Below, in pieces: positions 1 to 9,296 of a DNA stretch of 64,000 nucleotides. Source of the DNA: a virus; the IMG/VR virus record IMGVR_UViG_3300020419_001178, positions 32,001 to 96,000 of that record, one strand, 5' to 3'. Every line of letters starts with the position of its first letter. Positions within the stretch are counted from its first letter, which is position 1. The notes under the pieces were generated by a model, which saw only the letters and a program-made list of their open reading frames with translations, was not told the DNA's origin and did not search any database. A program made the translations under genes and the position numbers.

Positions 1-96
1 AGACTTTATAAAGAAGCAAAAAGTCTAAGAGAACAAGCTGAAGAGCTAGTTCCTACTACTAAGAAAAGCAAAGCCAGTGTCAAAGCGGCTTCCTGA
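1..96 (+). CDS. 3' end of a hypothetical protein (partial)
   Basis: Frame 1 is open from base 1 (RLYKEAKSLREQAEELVPTTKK...) to TGA at 94-96 and overlaps the next gene start. Confidence 0.6.
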   Translation, partial: RLYKEAKSLREQAEELVPTTKKSKASVKAAS

Positions 97-394
97 TGAT
101 GTAATTAAGCATTGGCCAGACGTTTTCAAAGATATTGATATACATACTATCCCCATAAACTATCTTAGTTCTATAAAGGTAGAATTTAAAAAAGGTAGAG
201 TGTGGGAGATAGATTGTAACGCAAAAAGAGAAACCGGTGCTGATCTAGACAAAAGCATATCAGATTTATTCAAAGAGTACGGAGAAGATATATTACACGT
301 TGATTTTAGGCTTAACACGCCTAAACTTAAGAGAGATATAGAAAAACGTACTAGAGCATTCTTAAAAAACCCCAGAAAAAAGAGAACACGATAA
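77..394 (+). CDS. hypothetical phage protein
   Basis: 105-aa ORF with GTG start, tightly packed; no motif recognised. Confidence 0.75.
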   Translation: MSKRLPDDVIKHWPDVFKDIDIHTIPINYLSSIKVEFKKGRVWEIDCNAKRETGADLDKSISDLFKEYGEDILHVDFRLNTPKLKRDIEKRTRAFLKNPRKKRTR

Positions 395-406
395 TTGATT
401 AATGTG

Positions 407-413
407 ATAAATA
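407..413 (+). promoter_or_regulatory. late-promoter-like motif ATAAATA
   Basis: Matches the T4 late core (TATAAATA); lies upstream of the AGGAG RBS and the ATG at 441. Confidence 0.6.
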
Positions 414-440
414 TATACAACAACGAATTAGGAGTATTAG

Positions 441-1538
441 ATGGGTACTTTAAGACTTAAAAGAGGGACTAAAGAAGCACTGCAAACCAACCCCGGTTTT
501 ACACCCGCGGAAGGTGAACTTGTTTATACAACAGACAGTAAAGAAGTATTTGTAGGTGATGGAGCCACACAAGGTGGTGTAGCAGTTTCAGTATCCACAC
601 AAAACCTAGAAGACTTAGGTAACGTTCAAGCACTAGCGGCGCAAAAAGACCAAATTTTAGTATATACAGGGTCTCAATGGGCGGCAACAAACAATCCAGC
701 AGTAGACATACGTGGTAACATATATGGTGATGATTCCACACTATTAGTTGATGCTATCAACGGAAAAATAGTAGGACCAGTAGAAACTTCAACAGTAGCG
801 GCAACTACACTAACAGGAAACCTTACAGGTGATACTAACGGATCACATACAGGCGGAGTGGTTGGTGATGTTGTAGGTAATGTAGTAGGAACTATCACTG
901 GCTCATTAACAGGTACTATGACAGGTTCAGTATTTGGTGATGACAGTTCAGGACTACTAGTTGACGGTATTAACAATCAAATTACTGGCTCCATTAATGC
1001 TATGAATGTTTCAACATTTGATAACACAATTAACATTGGTACTAAATCAGCCAATCCAGCTTTTAATTATAATACAACATCAACAAACGGTTCTTTTCCA
1101 CAGTCAACTATACAGATTAGAAATGTACACAATGATGTAACAGCAGACGAATTAGGTATTTTCAGATCCAGAGGAGTTTTAGGAGCAAGAACAACTGTAC
1201 AAGCAAATGATGTAATTGGTGGATTTGGTTGGTCAGCATATGACGGAGCATCAGTTTTAATTGGTGCGAACATGAATAGTGTTATTAATAGTGTTTCTAC
1301 AAATAACCTATCAGCAGATTTAATTATTAGAACAAGAAACGGTGCTATATCAACATATGGCGAAGCAATGAGAATTAAAGCAGATAAAGGTGTGACAACA
1401 GCAAGTTACGTCCAGTTTGGTAGTTTGACAACTACACAAAGAGATGCTTTGACTCCTGCTAATGGGATGGTAATTTACAATTCAAGTGATAATAAATTCC
1501 AAGGCTATGAAAACGGTGCTTGGGTTAATTTAATTTAA
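441..1538 (+). CDS. tail fibre / virion structural protein
   Basis: N-terminal LRLKRGT...GELVYTTDSKEVFVGDG phage fibre motif, GxxxG repeats, duplicated GDDS-LLVD-IN motif, C-terminal LTTTQRDAL..GMVIYN..W. Confidence 0.75.
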   Translation: MGTLRLKRGTKEALQTNPGFTPAEGELVYTTDSKEVFVGDGATQGGVAVSVSTQNLEDLGNVQALAAQKDQILVYTGSQWAATNNPAVDIRGNIYGDDSTLLVDAINGKIVGPVETSTVAATTLTGNLTGDTNGSHTGGVVGDVVGNVVGTITGSLTGTMTGSVFGDDSSGLLVDGINNQITGSINAMNVSTFDNTINIGTKSANPAFNYNTTSTNGSFPQSTIQIRNVHNDVTADELGIFRSRGVLGARTTVQANDVIGGFGWSAYDGASVLIGANMNSVINSVSTNNLSADLIIRTRNGAISTYGEAMRIKADKGVTTASYVQFGSLTTTQRDALTPANGMVIYNSSDNKFQGYENGAWVNLI

Positions 1539-2109
1539 ATAACTTACCCTTATCATACAATTCAACAATTTCGTTAAAAGGTATATCTGTACTAAATTGA
1601 CAGTGGAATCTATAGTCGTTTGTTTCATTTGTAGCATTATGATACTCTAACAAATTAAAGATTACAGCAGTATGATCTGTATAATTTATAGTTTCTTGTA
1701 ATTTAAATTTAGCATTATCGTAATCACTGTATTCTCCTTCTTCTAAGGTCCAAAACTTTGTTGGGCCAAAGCTACTTATAGTCAATGGGTATACAGGAAT
1801 GCTTATAACACTTACTCTTGGAACAAAAGGATTCTTTTGGTCAACATGTATCTTTCCTATAGTAAAAGGTGTTTGTCCTAGTATTTCATAATGTACATCA
1901 ACTAAAAATTTCTTGCCTATCTCATCCATTAGTTCTGTAGGAATAAGATCTCTAGGACAATACCAATTCCAGTCAGTCTTTCCATACTTGTCTGGCTTTG
2001 TGCCAGTGTAAGCGAAACTGTCTTTATGATTAAGTATATGATCTGCTAACTTAGATCTTGTTTCTTTACTAAAAGTTAACTCTTTAATGTGCTGAAAATA
2101 TGGTCTCAT
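1525..2109 (-). CDS. putative Fe(II)/2OG oxygenase-like (cupin) protein
   Basis: HVD...YH-x8-R facial-triad pattern. Confidence 0.55.
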   Translation of the reverse strand: MRPYFQHIKELTFSKETRSKLADHILNHKDSFAYTGTKPDKYGKTDWNWYCPRDLIPTELMDEIGKKFLVDVHYEILGQTPFTIGKIHVDQKNPFVPRVSVISIPVYPLTISSFGPTKFWTLEEGEYSDYDNAKFKLQETINYTDHTAVIFNLLEYHNATNETNDYRFHCQFSTDIPFNEIVELYDKGKLFKLN

Positions 2110-2684
2110 TTATTACTCCGTAGTGGATAATTATTTTTAATTTTTTCTTTTATTTCATCAAAAGTATTATGGGTAAACCGTAACTTAAATAATATCCTAT
2201 CTTGATCTTTTTGAACTGGAACACTATGATTGATACTTACATTTAACAATGCAACATCATAGTATTCATCAGCATGTCCCTCAAAATTTATAGGAGTTTG
2301 TTCTCCTTCTAGGATAAAATTTATAGCACATAAAGTGCCTACATCAGTATGTACAGGCACTTCAGAACCTTGTGTCTGCGTTAAAAAGTTTGCTTTGATT
2401 GTATCAGTTTCACAAATCTTTTTGAATAAAGATGTTAATCGTCTACTCTCTGAGAGATCAAATTCTGTGACTTTAGGTTCTCTTGAAGCATTCCACGACC
2501 TTTGCTCTGTCCACCATTTGTTATTTTTTTCAATAAATGACATATCGTCATTGTAATCCAATCCTTCATTATATATCCATGTCAAGGTATCTTTATTAAT
2601 TGGTTGGTACTGAAATACCTTAGACTCTTCTAACAGCTTTTTCTTATCATGATCTACTACAAATTTAAAAATACAATCTTCCAT
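2106..2684 (-). CDS. putative Fe(II)/2OG oxygenase-like (cupin) protein
   Basis: VPVHTD...CAINF...NHSV...DR pattern. Confidence 0.6.
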   Translation of the reverse strand: MEDCIFKFVVDHDKKKLLEESKVFQYQPINKDTLTWIYNEGLDYNDDMSFIEKNNKWWTEQRSWNASREPKVTEFDLSESRRLTSLFKKICETDTIKANFLTQTQGSEVPVHTDVGTLCAINFILEGEQTPINFEGHADEYYDVALLNVSINHSVPVQKDQDRILFKLRFTHNTFDEIKEKIKNNYPLRSNK

Positions 2685-2685
2685 T

Positions 2686-3387
2686 TTAATTTTTCCTACC
2701 TAAGTAATACATCCTATTACCCATATCTAAAGCTACTATATCTCCAGTCGCAAACCAGTCATCATATATACTTGTTGATCCTTTCACATGTAACTCATGA
2801 TCAATTATCTTCCAATCACAATAATATGTATCTCCTAAAATTGTATATCCTTCGAAACATCTTTCCTTTACATAGTTAACTTTATCTATACTATCAAATT
2901 CTATGTTAATTGTTATAGGACCTATTTCACTCATTCCCCAGTTAGGTTGTACAATAGCTCCTTTAGAAACAAAAGCTTCTATCATATCCCAAGATACAGG
3001 ATCACTGCCGCCTAATATTCTTTTACCTGTCAAATCACAATCTTTAAATCCTTTAGTATTCATTACTGCTGTCATTTGTGCTGGTGCTAAAAATGTATGG
3101 GTATAATTTTTAAAAATGTCTAAAAACTTAAATGGATTAAATTTCATTGCTGTCACTTCTGCGTTTACACTAAAAGCCGGTAAACTTTGTGCTAATAATC
3201 CGCCAGCATGGGTCATACGTGTCACTGTAAGTATCTTACTTGTTACTGATATCTTTTGGGCATCAACTGCTATACGATTTGCTTCTTTAAGGTTTTCTGG
3301 TGTTCTAAAAATGTCCTTGGACGGGCCTGTTGTCCCACTACTAGAAATGGTTACACCATTTTCTAATACGTGCTGAAAATCAACCAT
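2686..3387 (-). CDS. compact AMP-binding (ANL-family) adenylating enzyme
   Basis: SSGTTGPSK P-loop, WGMSE, TGD and LGR motifs. Start moved to ATG 3387, which has a GGAG RBS. Confidence 0.8.
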   Translation of the reverse strand: MVDFQHVLENGVTISSSGTTGPSKDIFRTPENLKEANRIAVDAQKISVTSKILTVTRMTHAGGLLAQSLPAFSVNAEVTAMKFNPFKFLDIFKNYTHTFLAPAQMTAVMNTKGFKDCDLTGKRILGGSDPVSWDMIEAFVSKGAIVQPNWGMSEIGPITINIEFDSIDKVNYVKERCFEGYTILGDTYYCDWKIIDHELHVKGSTSIYDDWFATGDIVALDMGNRMYYLGRKN

Positions 3388-4420
3388 TTTCGTATTTCTC
3401 CAAGCTATTATTAATTTGATTTTTGACTTTAATGAACGTACAAAGCTCATATAAGCGGTTTATATGCTCTGCGCCTACATACGTACAAGTACTCCGTAAA
3501 CCCCCTTGTAACTGCTTTAAAATGCGTTTAATAGGCCCTTTACAGGGTATTAATAGGTCTCTGCCTTCGTTAGGTTTGTAATCCATTTCGTCTGGATTTG
3601 TTCTGTCATACATTTTGGTACTTCCTAGCCCATACAAGTTTACAAACCGTTTTCCGTCAATTTCAATTACATTATCACACTCGTCACTTCCACTAACCAT
3701 GCCTGCTATCATAACTATTTTAGCTCCCGCTCCAATTGCTTTGGCTACGTCTCCTGGAGTTACACACCCTCCATCAGAAATAATATCTAACCCAAACTTT
3801 GTTGCTTCAGGATAACAATCCATAATAGCACTTAATTGTGGTACTCCTACTCCTACTTCAGATCTTGTCTTACAAGCGGCTCCACTACCTACACCTACTT
3901 TTATTAAATTTGCTCCTGCCATTGCTAATTTTTTAATTACTTCGGGCGTAGCTATGTTTCCCGCACAGATTTTAATGTGCGGAAATTTTTTTCTAAACTG
4001 TGTAATAGTTTCTAACATACCTTCTACATTAGCATACACATTAGCAATGTCAATATTGATTAGTCCAATGTCGGGAAACTGTGAAATAATTTCTATAGTC
4101 TTTTCCCTGTCTTTAAGACGAACACCACTTGTAATAGCAATGTATCTTCTATCACTTATTGATCGTAAGTGTTTTAGATGTTCTTCTAACTTATATTCTT
4201 TGTGTATGAAAGTAAAAAATCTCATCGGTGTAAGTATGTTTGCTATCTTATAGGTACCTGTGCTTGTCATATTAGCAACAGCTATAGGATGTACAGTGGT
4301 ATCCAACCAATCTATTTCTATTTGTATATCTTTTCTCGTAAGAGATTTTGTTGCTTCTTTAGGCTCTATTAAAACATCTTTAAAATCTAATTTTATTTCT
4401 TCTTTAACTTTAGTATTCAT
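3380..4420 (-). CDS. guaC: GMP reductase (IMPDH/GMPR family)
   Basis: LDFKDVLIEP, KVGVGSGAACKTR, GVGVPQLSAI, SDGGCVTPGDVAKAIGAGA, GGLRSTCTYVGA; no CBS domains. Confidence 0.85.
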   Translation of the reverse strand: MNTKVKEEIKLDFKDVLIEPKEATKSLTRKDIQIEIDWLDTTVHPIAVANMTSTGTYKIANILTPMRFFTFIHKEYKLEEHLKHLRSISDRRYIAITSGVRLKDREKTIEIISQFPDIGLINIDIANVYANVEGMLETITQFRKKFPHIKICAGNIATPEVIKKLAMAGANLIKVGVGSGAACKTRSEVGVGVPQLSAIMDCYPEATKFGLDIISDGGCVTPGDVAKAIGAGAKIVMIAGMVSGSDECDNVIEIDGKRFVNLYGLGSTKMYDRTNPDEMDYKPNEGRDLLIPCKGPIKRILKQLQGGLRSTCTYVGAEHINRLYELCTFIKVKNQINNSLEKYENG

Positions 4421-5342
4421 TTTCGTTTAATTTCACATGTTCGTAAAAAGGAGCTAACTTCCAATCTTTTGTAATTCTGCCTCTACGAATACTTCCAGGG
4501 TCAGGAATACCTACTTCATTATCTGTATCCCAATCTGTTATTTTTACCCATTGCCCTTTATATCTTTCTTTGTTAGTTGGATCTAAAGGAAATTCTATTG
4601 TTCCAGGTTCTACTACATTACTATATCTATGGGGCTTGCCGTAATGACTCCAAATGTAATCTTCTGTATGACCTAGTTGGTCAGCACATAGTTTGACCAT
4701 GTCAGCCATCTTTAAATTTTCATCTGCTTCTTTTTGATACCTTCCAAGTTGTCCTACATTCTTAAAACGCAAAGTTATATCAGGAACTTTTTCTCTAGTA
4801 ATTAACTCAAGAGCCGCCGCTGGTGCTTGTTCATTTATACCTTTAACTAAAATTATTCCTGCGTTCATGTTAAATTTATCTTTACAATTTTTAAATGCTT
4901 TAATTTTTTTTGTAGCACATCTCATTTCGTCTATTTGCTCGTACCAGTCATCATTTTCTATTCCGTTTAGACTCATATAAACATGCTTTAATCCAGTAGC
5001 TTCTATCTTGTTAACAAAGGATTCACTTGACATTCTAAGTCCATTTGTAATTAAAATACAGTTATGTCCGTGTTTGAATCCAATGTTTATAAAATCTATT
5101 AGTTGTGGATGGAGTGTTGGTTCGGCTCCTACTATACGTATCATAATTGGGTTAGGAAGTTTGGCAATAAATTCTTCATATGGTTTAATTTCCATATCTG
5201 GTATGAATCTGTTTGGAACGTAGCAGTTTTTACATTCCATATTACAGCGATGAGTGATATCGGCCACAACATCAAAAAAAGAATTATTCTCCGGCTCGAT
5301 CTCATAATAATTTAGGTTATCAAGATTTATCTGTTTTGTCAT
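4410..5342 (-). CDS. radical SAM protein, MoaA-like
   Basis: CNMECKNC cluster motif, GAEPTLHP, ITNGL, ILVKGIN; lacks the auxiliary-cluster cysteines. Confidence 0.85.
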   Translation of the reverse strand: MTKQINLDNLNYYEIEPENNSFFDVVADITHRCNMECKNCYVPNRFIPDMEIKPYEEFIAKLPNPIMIRIVGAEPTLHPQLIDFINIGFKHGHNCILITNGLRMSSESFVNKIEATGLKHVYMSLNGIENDDWYEQIDEMRCATKKIKAFKNCKDKFNMNAGIILVKGINEQAPAAALELITREKVPDITLRFKNVGQLGRYQKEADENLKMADMVKLCADQLGHTEDYIWSHYGKPHRYSNVVEPGTIEFPLDPTNKERYKGQWVKITDWDTDNEVGIPDPGSIRRGRITKDWKLAPFYEHVKLNENEY

Positions 5343-5362
5343 ATAGGCACTCTTTTACAAAG

Positions 5363-5381
5363 TATTTATAGGATATAAATA
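5363..5381. promoter_or_regulatory. back-to-back T4-type late promoters
   Basis: TATAAATA on the - strand (5363-5370) and on the + strand (5374-5381) between divergent genes. Confidence 0.8.
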
Positions 5382-5386
5382 TACGT

Positions 5387-6082
5387 ATGTATGATGTGAA
5401 CAAATGGCAAGAATTATATACTCCGCACACCGACTATCAAAAAAGTCAGCATAGTGTAGTCAGTTTACCTGACAAGTATGATATAGACTTGAAAGAAATA
5501 GATAAAGGAATTGATACTGTATTAAGTAATTATGAAATGGTTGCTTATACTGTAGACACACCGGTAGGAAAAATACAAGTTCCAGGATACTACGGACTTT
5601 GCTTTAAAACTAAACCTAAATCAAATGACCCTTTAGGTGAAGGATTGACAAGTAATATCCATTCTCACTCTAATATGAATCATCCAGTAGATATCGAATA
5701 TACTGAAAAAAGTCCAGCTTGGTTTCCCTATTTAGATGAAATAACAAAAAAGTTTAGAGGACAAGTTACGCAGATTAGACTTATAAAATTGGAAGCAGGA
5801 CATGACTTGTTAAGTAGAGAAAAAACTTCCCACATTGACTATCCATGGTATAGAGGTATAAGGATTCATATTTGTCTAACACCTGATGTTGATTATGTAT
5901 GGAGAGTTTTAGATAAAGATTATCATTTTCAAAGATCTAGCAAAATGAATTATTTAGATACAGGTAAACCTCACGGTGCCGTAAATAATCATAATGACAA
6001 AGATAGATATGTTTTAAATATAAATTTAGCACCAAAATTAGATTTACATATTGACGAGCAAATAGAAAAACAAATTATTTAA
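5387..6082 (+). CDS. Asp/Asn beta-hydroxylase-like Fe(II)/2OG oxygenase
   Basis: RLIKLEAG, HID, RIHI, DTGKPHGAVN...DR. Confidence 0.75.
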   Translation: MYDVNKWQELYTPHTDYQKSQHSVVSLPDKYDIDLKEIDKGIDTVLSNYEMVAYTVDTPVGKIQVPGYYGLCFKTKPKSNDPLGEGLTSNIHSHSNMNHPVDIEYTEKSPAWFPYLDEITKKFRGQVTQIRLIKLEAGHDLLSREKTSHIDYPWYRGIRIHICLTPDVDYVWRVLDKDYHFQRSSKMNYLDTGKPHGAVNNHNDKDRYVLNINLAPKLDLHIDEQIEKQII

Positions 6083-7583
6083 AAATATTTAATTTTCTTT
6101 GTTTATATTCTTCTATTCTATCTCTGTTTGTTTGACTATACTTCCTTTTTATATACATCTCGTCTAAACTTAAACTTAAAAGTTCATCAGTATCTTCAAA
6201 TTTTCCTATATATTCCGTGATATCAAAGTTAGAAATTTTTTGCTTGAAAAAATAATCTTTGTGATACATTTCTCCAAACTCTGAAGCCTCTTTAAAGTTG
6301 GTTATATCACTTTCCCAAATTAACGCCCTATTATCAAGTTTGTTATTAAGCCTACCCATAGGATCTGCTTTAAACGGAACGTTGTATCCTTTTTTTATTG
6401 ACCAATCAATTATCTCTTTATTTTTAGTCGGAAAGTATCCAAATTTTTGTGCGTCTACACTAAAGTCACTGTGTGTCTTTGTATCTGGGTCGTCACTAAT
6501 ATGTAAGCCCCAATAAAAGAAACTATCCCAATTTTTATCTAACCAGTCTAAGCTATCATACCAAGACTTAACAGGCTCATTAGGCAATCCAGCTATCATT
6601 CCAATTGTGCCTCTATATAAACCTAACCTAGCATTAAACTCATCTCTTATCCATAGTAAACCTTCTTTTATCTTATCGGGATGCATTCCTTTTCCTATAG
6701 CTTTTGCCGCTTCTGGATGAAATGTTTCTATTCCATAAAAATGCCCCCAACATCTTGCTCTCACTAATAATGCGATTTGTTGTGGTCTTGAAATCACTAA
6801 ATCTAATCTAATAAAACAAGTAAAGTTAGGCTCAAAGGGTAAACGTTCTACAGCTAAAGCTAGTTTTTCTATCTTACTATCTCTATCATTAAACGTATCG
6901 TCACTAATAATATAGTTGGTTGTTCCCCATTTCTCATAATTGTGCATCATTTCATTATACAAATCATCCTGTGTCCTACTATAGTCTTCTTTCACCCCTA
7001 AGAAGGCGTAATTACAATACTTACATTTGAATCTACATCCTCTACTTGTTTCTAATGTAAGAGCTTCATGGGGTTCTATGAAATCATTTGGATGGTACAC
7101 ACAATCATATTTGTCTATGTCTAATCCTTTATAATGATGATTAGCATCTATCAATAGACTATTAGGTGCCCAATCAGGATATTTTCCTATAGGTTTAGGT
7201 CCATTGTTAAACATCCATTCTAACACAGGAGTAATACTATGTTCGCTATAACCAAATACCATACAGTCTGCTCCATAATCCATTTGGTAAGGTTTAGGAC
7301 CTCCCATTAAGATTTTGGCCTTAGGGTATTCTTTTTTTAAAAAAGTAATTTTATCGTTGACCATTTCGTCCATCATCCATAAATTACCAAAGGCAAGTAA
7401 ATCAACTTCGTAAGGCAACGAGTCAATAAATTGTTTCACTTCTTTGTTTGACCATCTAGACAGCCAATCTATTACTTCGACAGTCCATCCTTGAGAACGC
7501 ATCATATCGGCAATTTTATACGCACCCATGGTACGTCTAATTATATCGTCACCACTTTCATTAAAAATTACTGCGTAATTCAT
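6075..7583 (-). CDS. B12-binding-type radical SAM protein
   Basis: ETSRGCRFKCKYC, DDTFN, GIETF, IAGLPNE and N-terminal MGGP domain. Start 7583 gives an ATGA overlap with the upstream gene. Confidence 0.85.
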   Translation of the reverse strand: MNYAVIFNESGDDIIRRTMGAYKIADMMRSQGWTVEVIDWLSRWSNKEVKQFIDSLPYEVDLLAFGNLWMMDEMVNDKITFLKKEYPKAKILMGGPKPYQMDYGADCMVFGYSEHSITPVLEWMFNNGPKPIGKYPDWAPNSLLIDANHHYKGLDIDKYDCVYHPNDFIEPHEALTLETSRGCRFKCKYCNYAFLGVKEDYSRTQDDLYNEMMHNYEKWGTTNYIISDDTFNDRDSKIEKLALAVERLPFEPNFTCFIRLDLVISRPQQIALLVRARCWGHFYGIETFHPEAAKAIGKGMHPDKIKEGLLWIRDEFNARLGLYRGTIGMIAGLPNEPVKSWYDSLDWLDKNWDSFFYWGLHISDDPDTKTHSDFSVDAQKFGYFPTKNKEIIDWSIKKGYNVPFKADPMGRLNNKLDNRALIWESDITNFKEASEFGEMYHKDYFFKQKISNFDITEYIGKFEDTDELLSLSLDEMYIKRKYSQTNRDRIEEYKQRKLNIFK

Positions 7584-8203
7584 TTTACCTTTGCTACCAT
7601 ATTCCAACATGGGTAAGCCCAATAATCGCTGAAAGATGGTAATGTTTCCTTTTCTAATAATACAATATTAAAATTTTTAAAAGTATTTAATAAATCTTGT
7701 TCTTCTAATTGCGGAGGAGTATATTCAACACTTCCTAATTTATTTTCTAATCTACCTGATTGATTACAGTAAACTCCGTTTTTCATTAAAACCTTTTGTA
7801 CTATATTTGCGTACTGTTCTCTATATTCGTGTGGTACAAAATGATATAATCCAAAATCTATTATTACATCATATTTGTTCTCTGTGTTTAATTCAAATAA
7901 ATCAATACATTGAAATACACAATCACTTTGTTTTTTCTTAGCATTATCTATTGCTTTGTCAGAAATATCAATTCCATGTACTTCATATCCCATTTTGCTT
8001 AAAGGTATGCTATTACGACCTTCTCCGCAACCTAAATCTAAAATTTTACTTTCCTTAGGAAAATAACTTATGAACTTTTCCAACACACTTGCTGGTGCTT
8101 TCCCCCATGCTGGATTTCCTGCTTCATAAATAGTGTTCCAAAAATTAGGTAACTTAATCTCATAGTCTTCGAGATGCTTGTTAACAGGATATTGTGTTGA
8201 CAT
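7580..8203 (-). CDS. class I SAM-dependent methyltransferase
   Basis: ILDLGCGEGRN, GIDIS, YDVIID motifs. Confidence 0.9.
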   Translation of the reverse strand: MSTQYPVNKHLEDYEIKLPNFWNTIYEAGNPAWGKAPASVLEKFISYFPKESKILDLGCGEGRNSIPLSKMGYEVHGIDISDKAIDNAKKKQSDCVFQCIDLFELNTENKYDVIIDFGLYHFVPHEYREQYANIVQKVLMKNGVYCNQSGRLENKLGSVEYTPPQLEEQDLLNTFKNFNIVLLEKETLPSFSDYWAYPCWNMVAKVK

Positions 8204-8772
8204 CAGGTAAGGTCCGCAACTGCCTCTGCGTATGGCGCTTCATATGCCCAACTAAAGATTACCCTCATTGAATCAGTAGTGTTTATTATTTGATGTGGCA
8301 TTTTAGTATTAATTAGAGTGGGCATTACAGTGACATGTTCACAGGCAAGTTCCGCATTTTCAACATAAGTTAACCATTCGTTAGATTGCCATATACCTTT
8401 TTTATCGCCAAATTGATCATAAATTGATTCTGCTATATCTCCGTTTTTAAAAAACTTTGTAATCTTTGAGCTGTCGCAGTTGTGAACAGGTATACTTATT
8501 GCTGAACTCCTGTGTGCGTCAATGTGTATAGGCCAAGAACCTTTACTACACTTCATTAGCTTTATAAAACTTTTTAATTTAGGATATTTTGCTCGTATTC
8601 CGCTCAGATATTCGTCTGCTTCAACATCAACAACTTTTACATCTGTGTATAATGCTAATGCTTCAACATCTGATAAGCTCTTCCATTCATCGGTAAGCAT
8701 GTCATCTGCTATACCTTTCATGTAATCTAAATCTACAAATCCGGGTAGCTCTGTTAAATATGGTTCTTTCAT
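8203..8772 (-). CDS. putative Fe(II)/2OG oxygenase-like protein
   Basis: PIHID...LINTKMPHQIIN...R. Confidence 0.6.
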   Translation of the reverse strand: MKEPYLTELPGFVDLDYMKGIADDMLTDEWKSLSDVEALALYTDVKVVDVEADEYLSGIRAKYPKLKSFIKLMKCSKGSWPIHIDAHRSSAISIPVHNCDSSKITKFFKNGDIAESIYDQFGDKKGIWQSNEWLTYVENAELACEHVTVMPTLINTKMPHQIINTTDSMRVIFSWAYEAPYAEAVADLT

Positions 8773-9296
8773 AATGTTTTACCTTTCAATTTTTTTTCAA
8801 ATATTTGGCAAACATCTTCGTACGTTTCTTCAAAGCACAACTGAAACACTATTCTTGTATCGTTGTTCTCTGTGAAGTAAACATTATGATAATGTCCCCC
8901 AGTATTTAATATTGCTCCGTACCCTTCATAATTGATACTGGCTACTTTATTTAGTGACTCGTCATAGAACCAAGTTTCACCACAATTTTCTGTTAAAGGA
9001 AAACTAATTACTGTCTGTCGGGGGATATATGTTCCTTCAAATTCATTATGTCTATTTTTATCTTTATGGATTTTACTTCCTGATTCATTTACTTTTAGTA
9101 GCTGACAAACACAATTTAATCCTGTTTTGTTGAACTTTTGTATTGTACTAGGAAATTTGAAGAAACTTATTTTGTAACTTATATCTACAAAAGCATCAGG
9201 CTTTAAAGCTATAGCTAATAATTCGTTTTTAGTCTGTTCACTAATAATGTTAGGAATAACTCTATAATACGGATCATAACTTTGTAGCATATTCAT
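8769..9296 (-). CDS. putative Fe(II)/2OG oxygenase-like protein
   Basis: IHKD...GETWFY...HYHNV...TR. Confidence 0.6.
   Translation of the reverse strand: MNMLQSYDPYYRVIPNIISEQTKNELLAIALKPDAFVDISYKISFFKFPSTIQKFNKTGLNCVCQLLKVNESGSKIHKDKNRHNEFEGTYIPRQTVISFPLTENCGETWFYDESLNKVASINYEGYGAILNTGGHYHNVYFTENNDTRIVFQLCFEETYEDVCQIFEKKLKGKTL

Noticed and set aside
4410-5342. Calling this gene moaA (molybdopterin synthesis)
   Set aside because: Auxiliary Fe-S cysteines and the C-terminal GG are absent, and there are no other moa genes in the window
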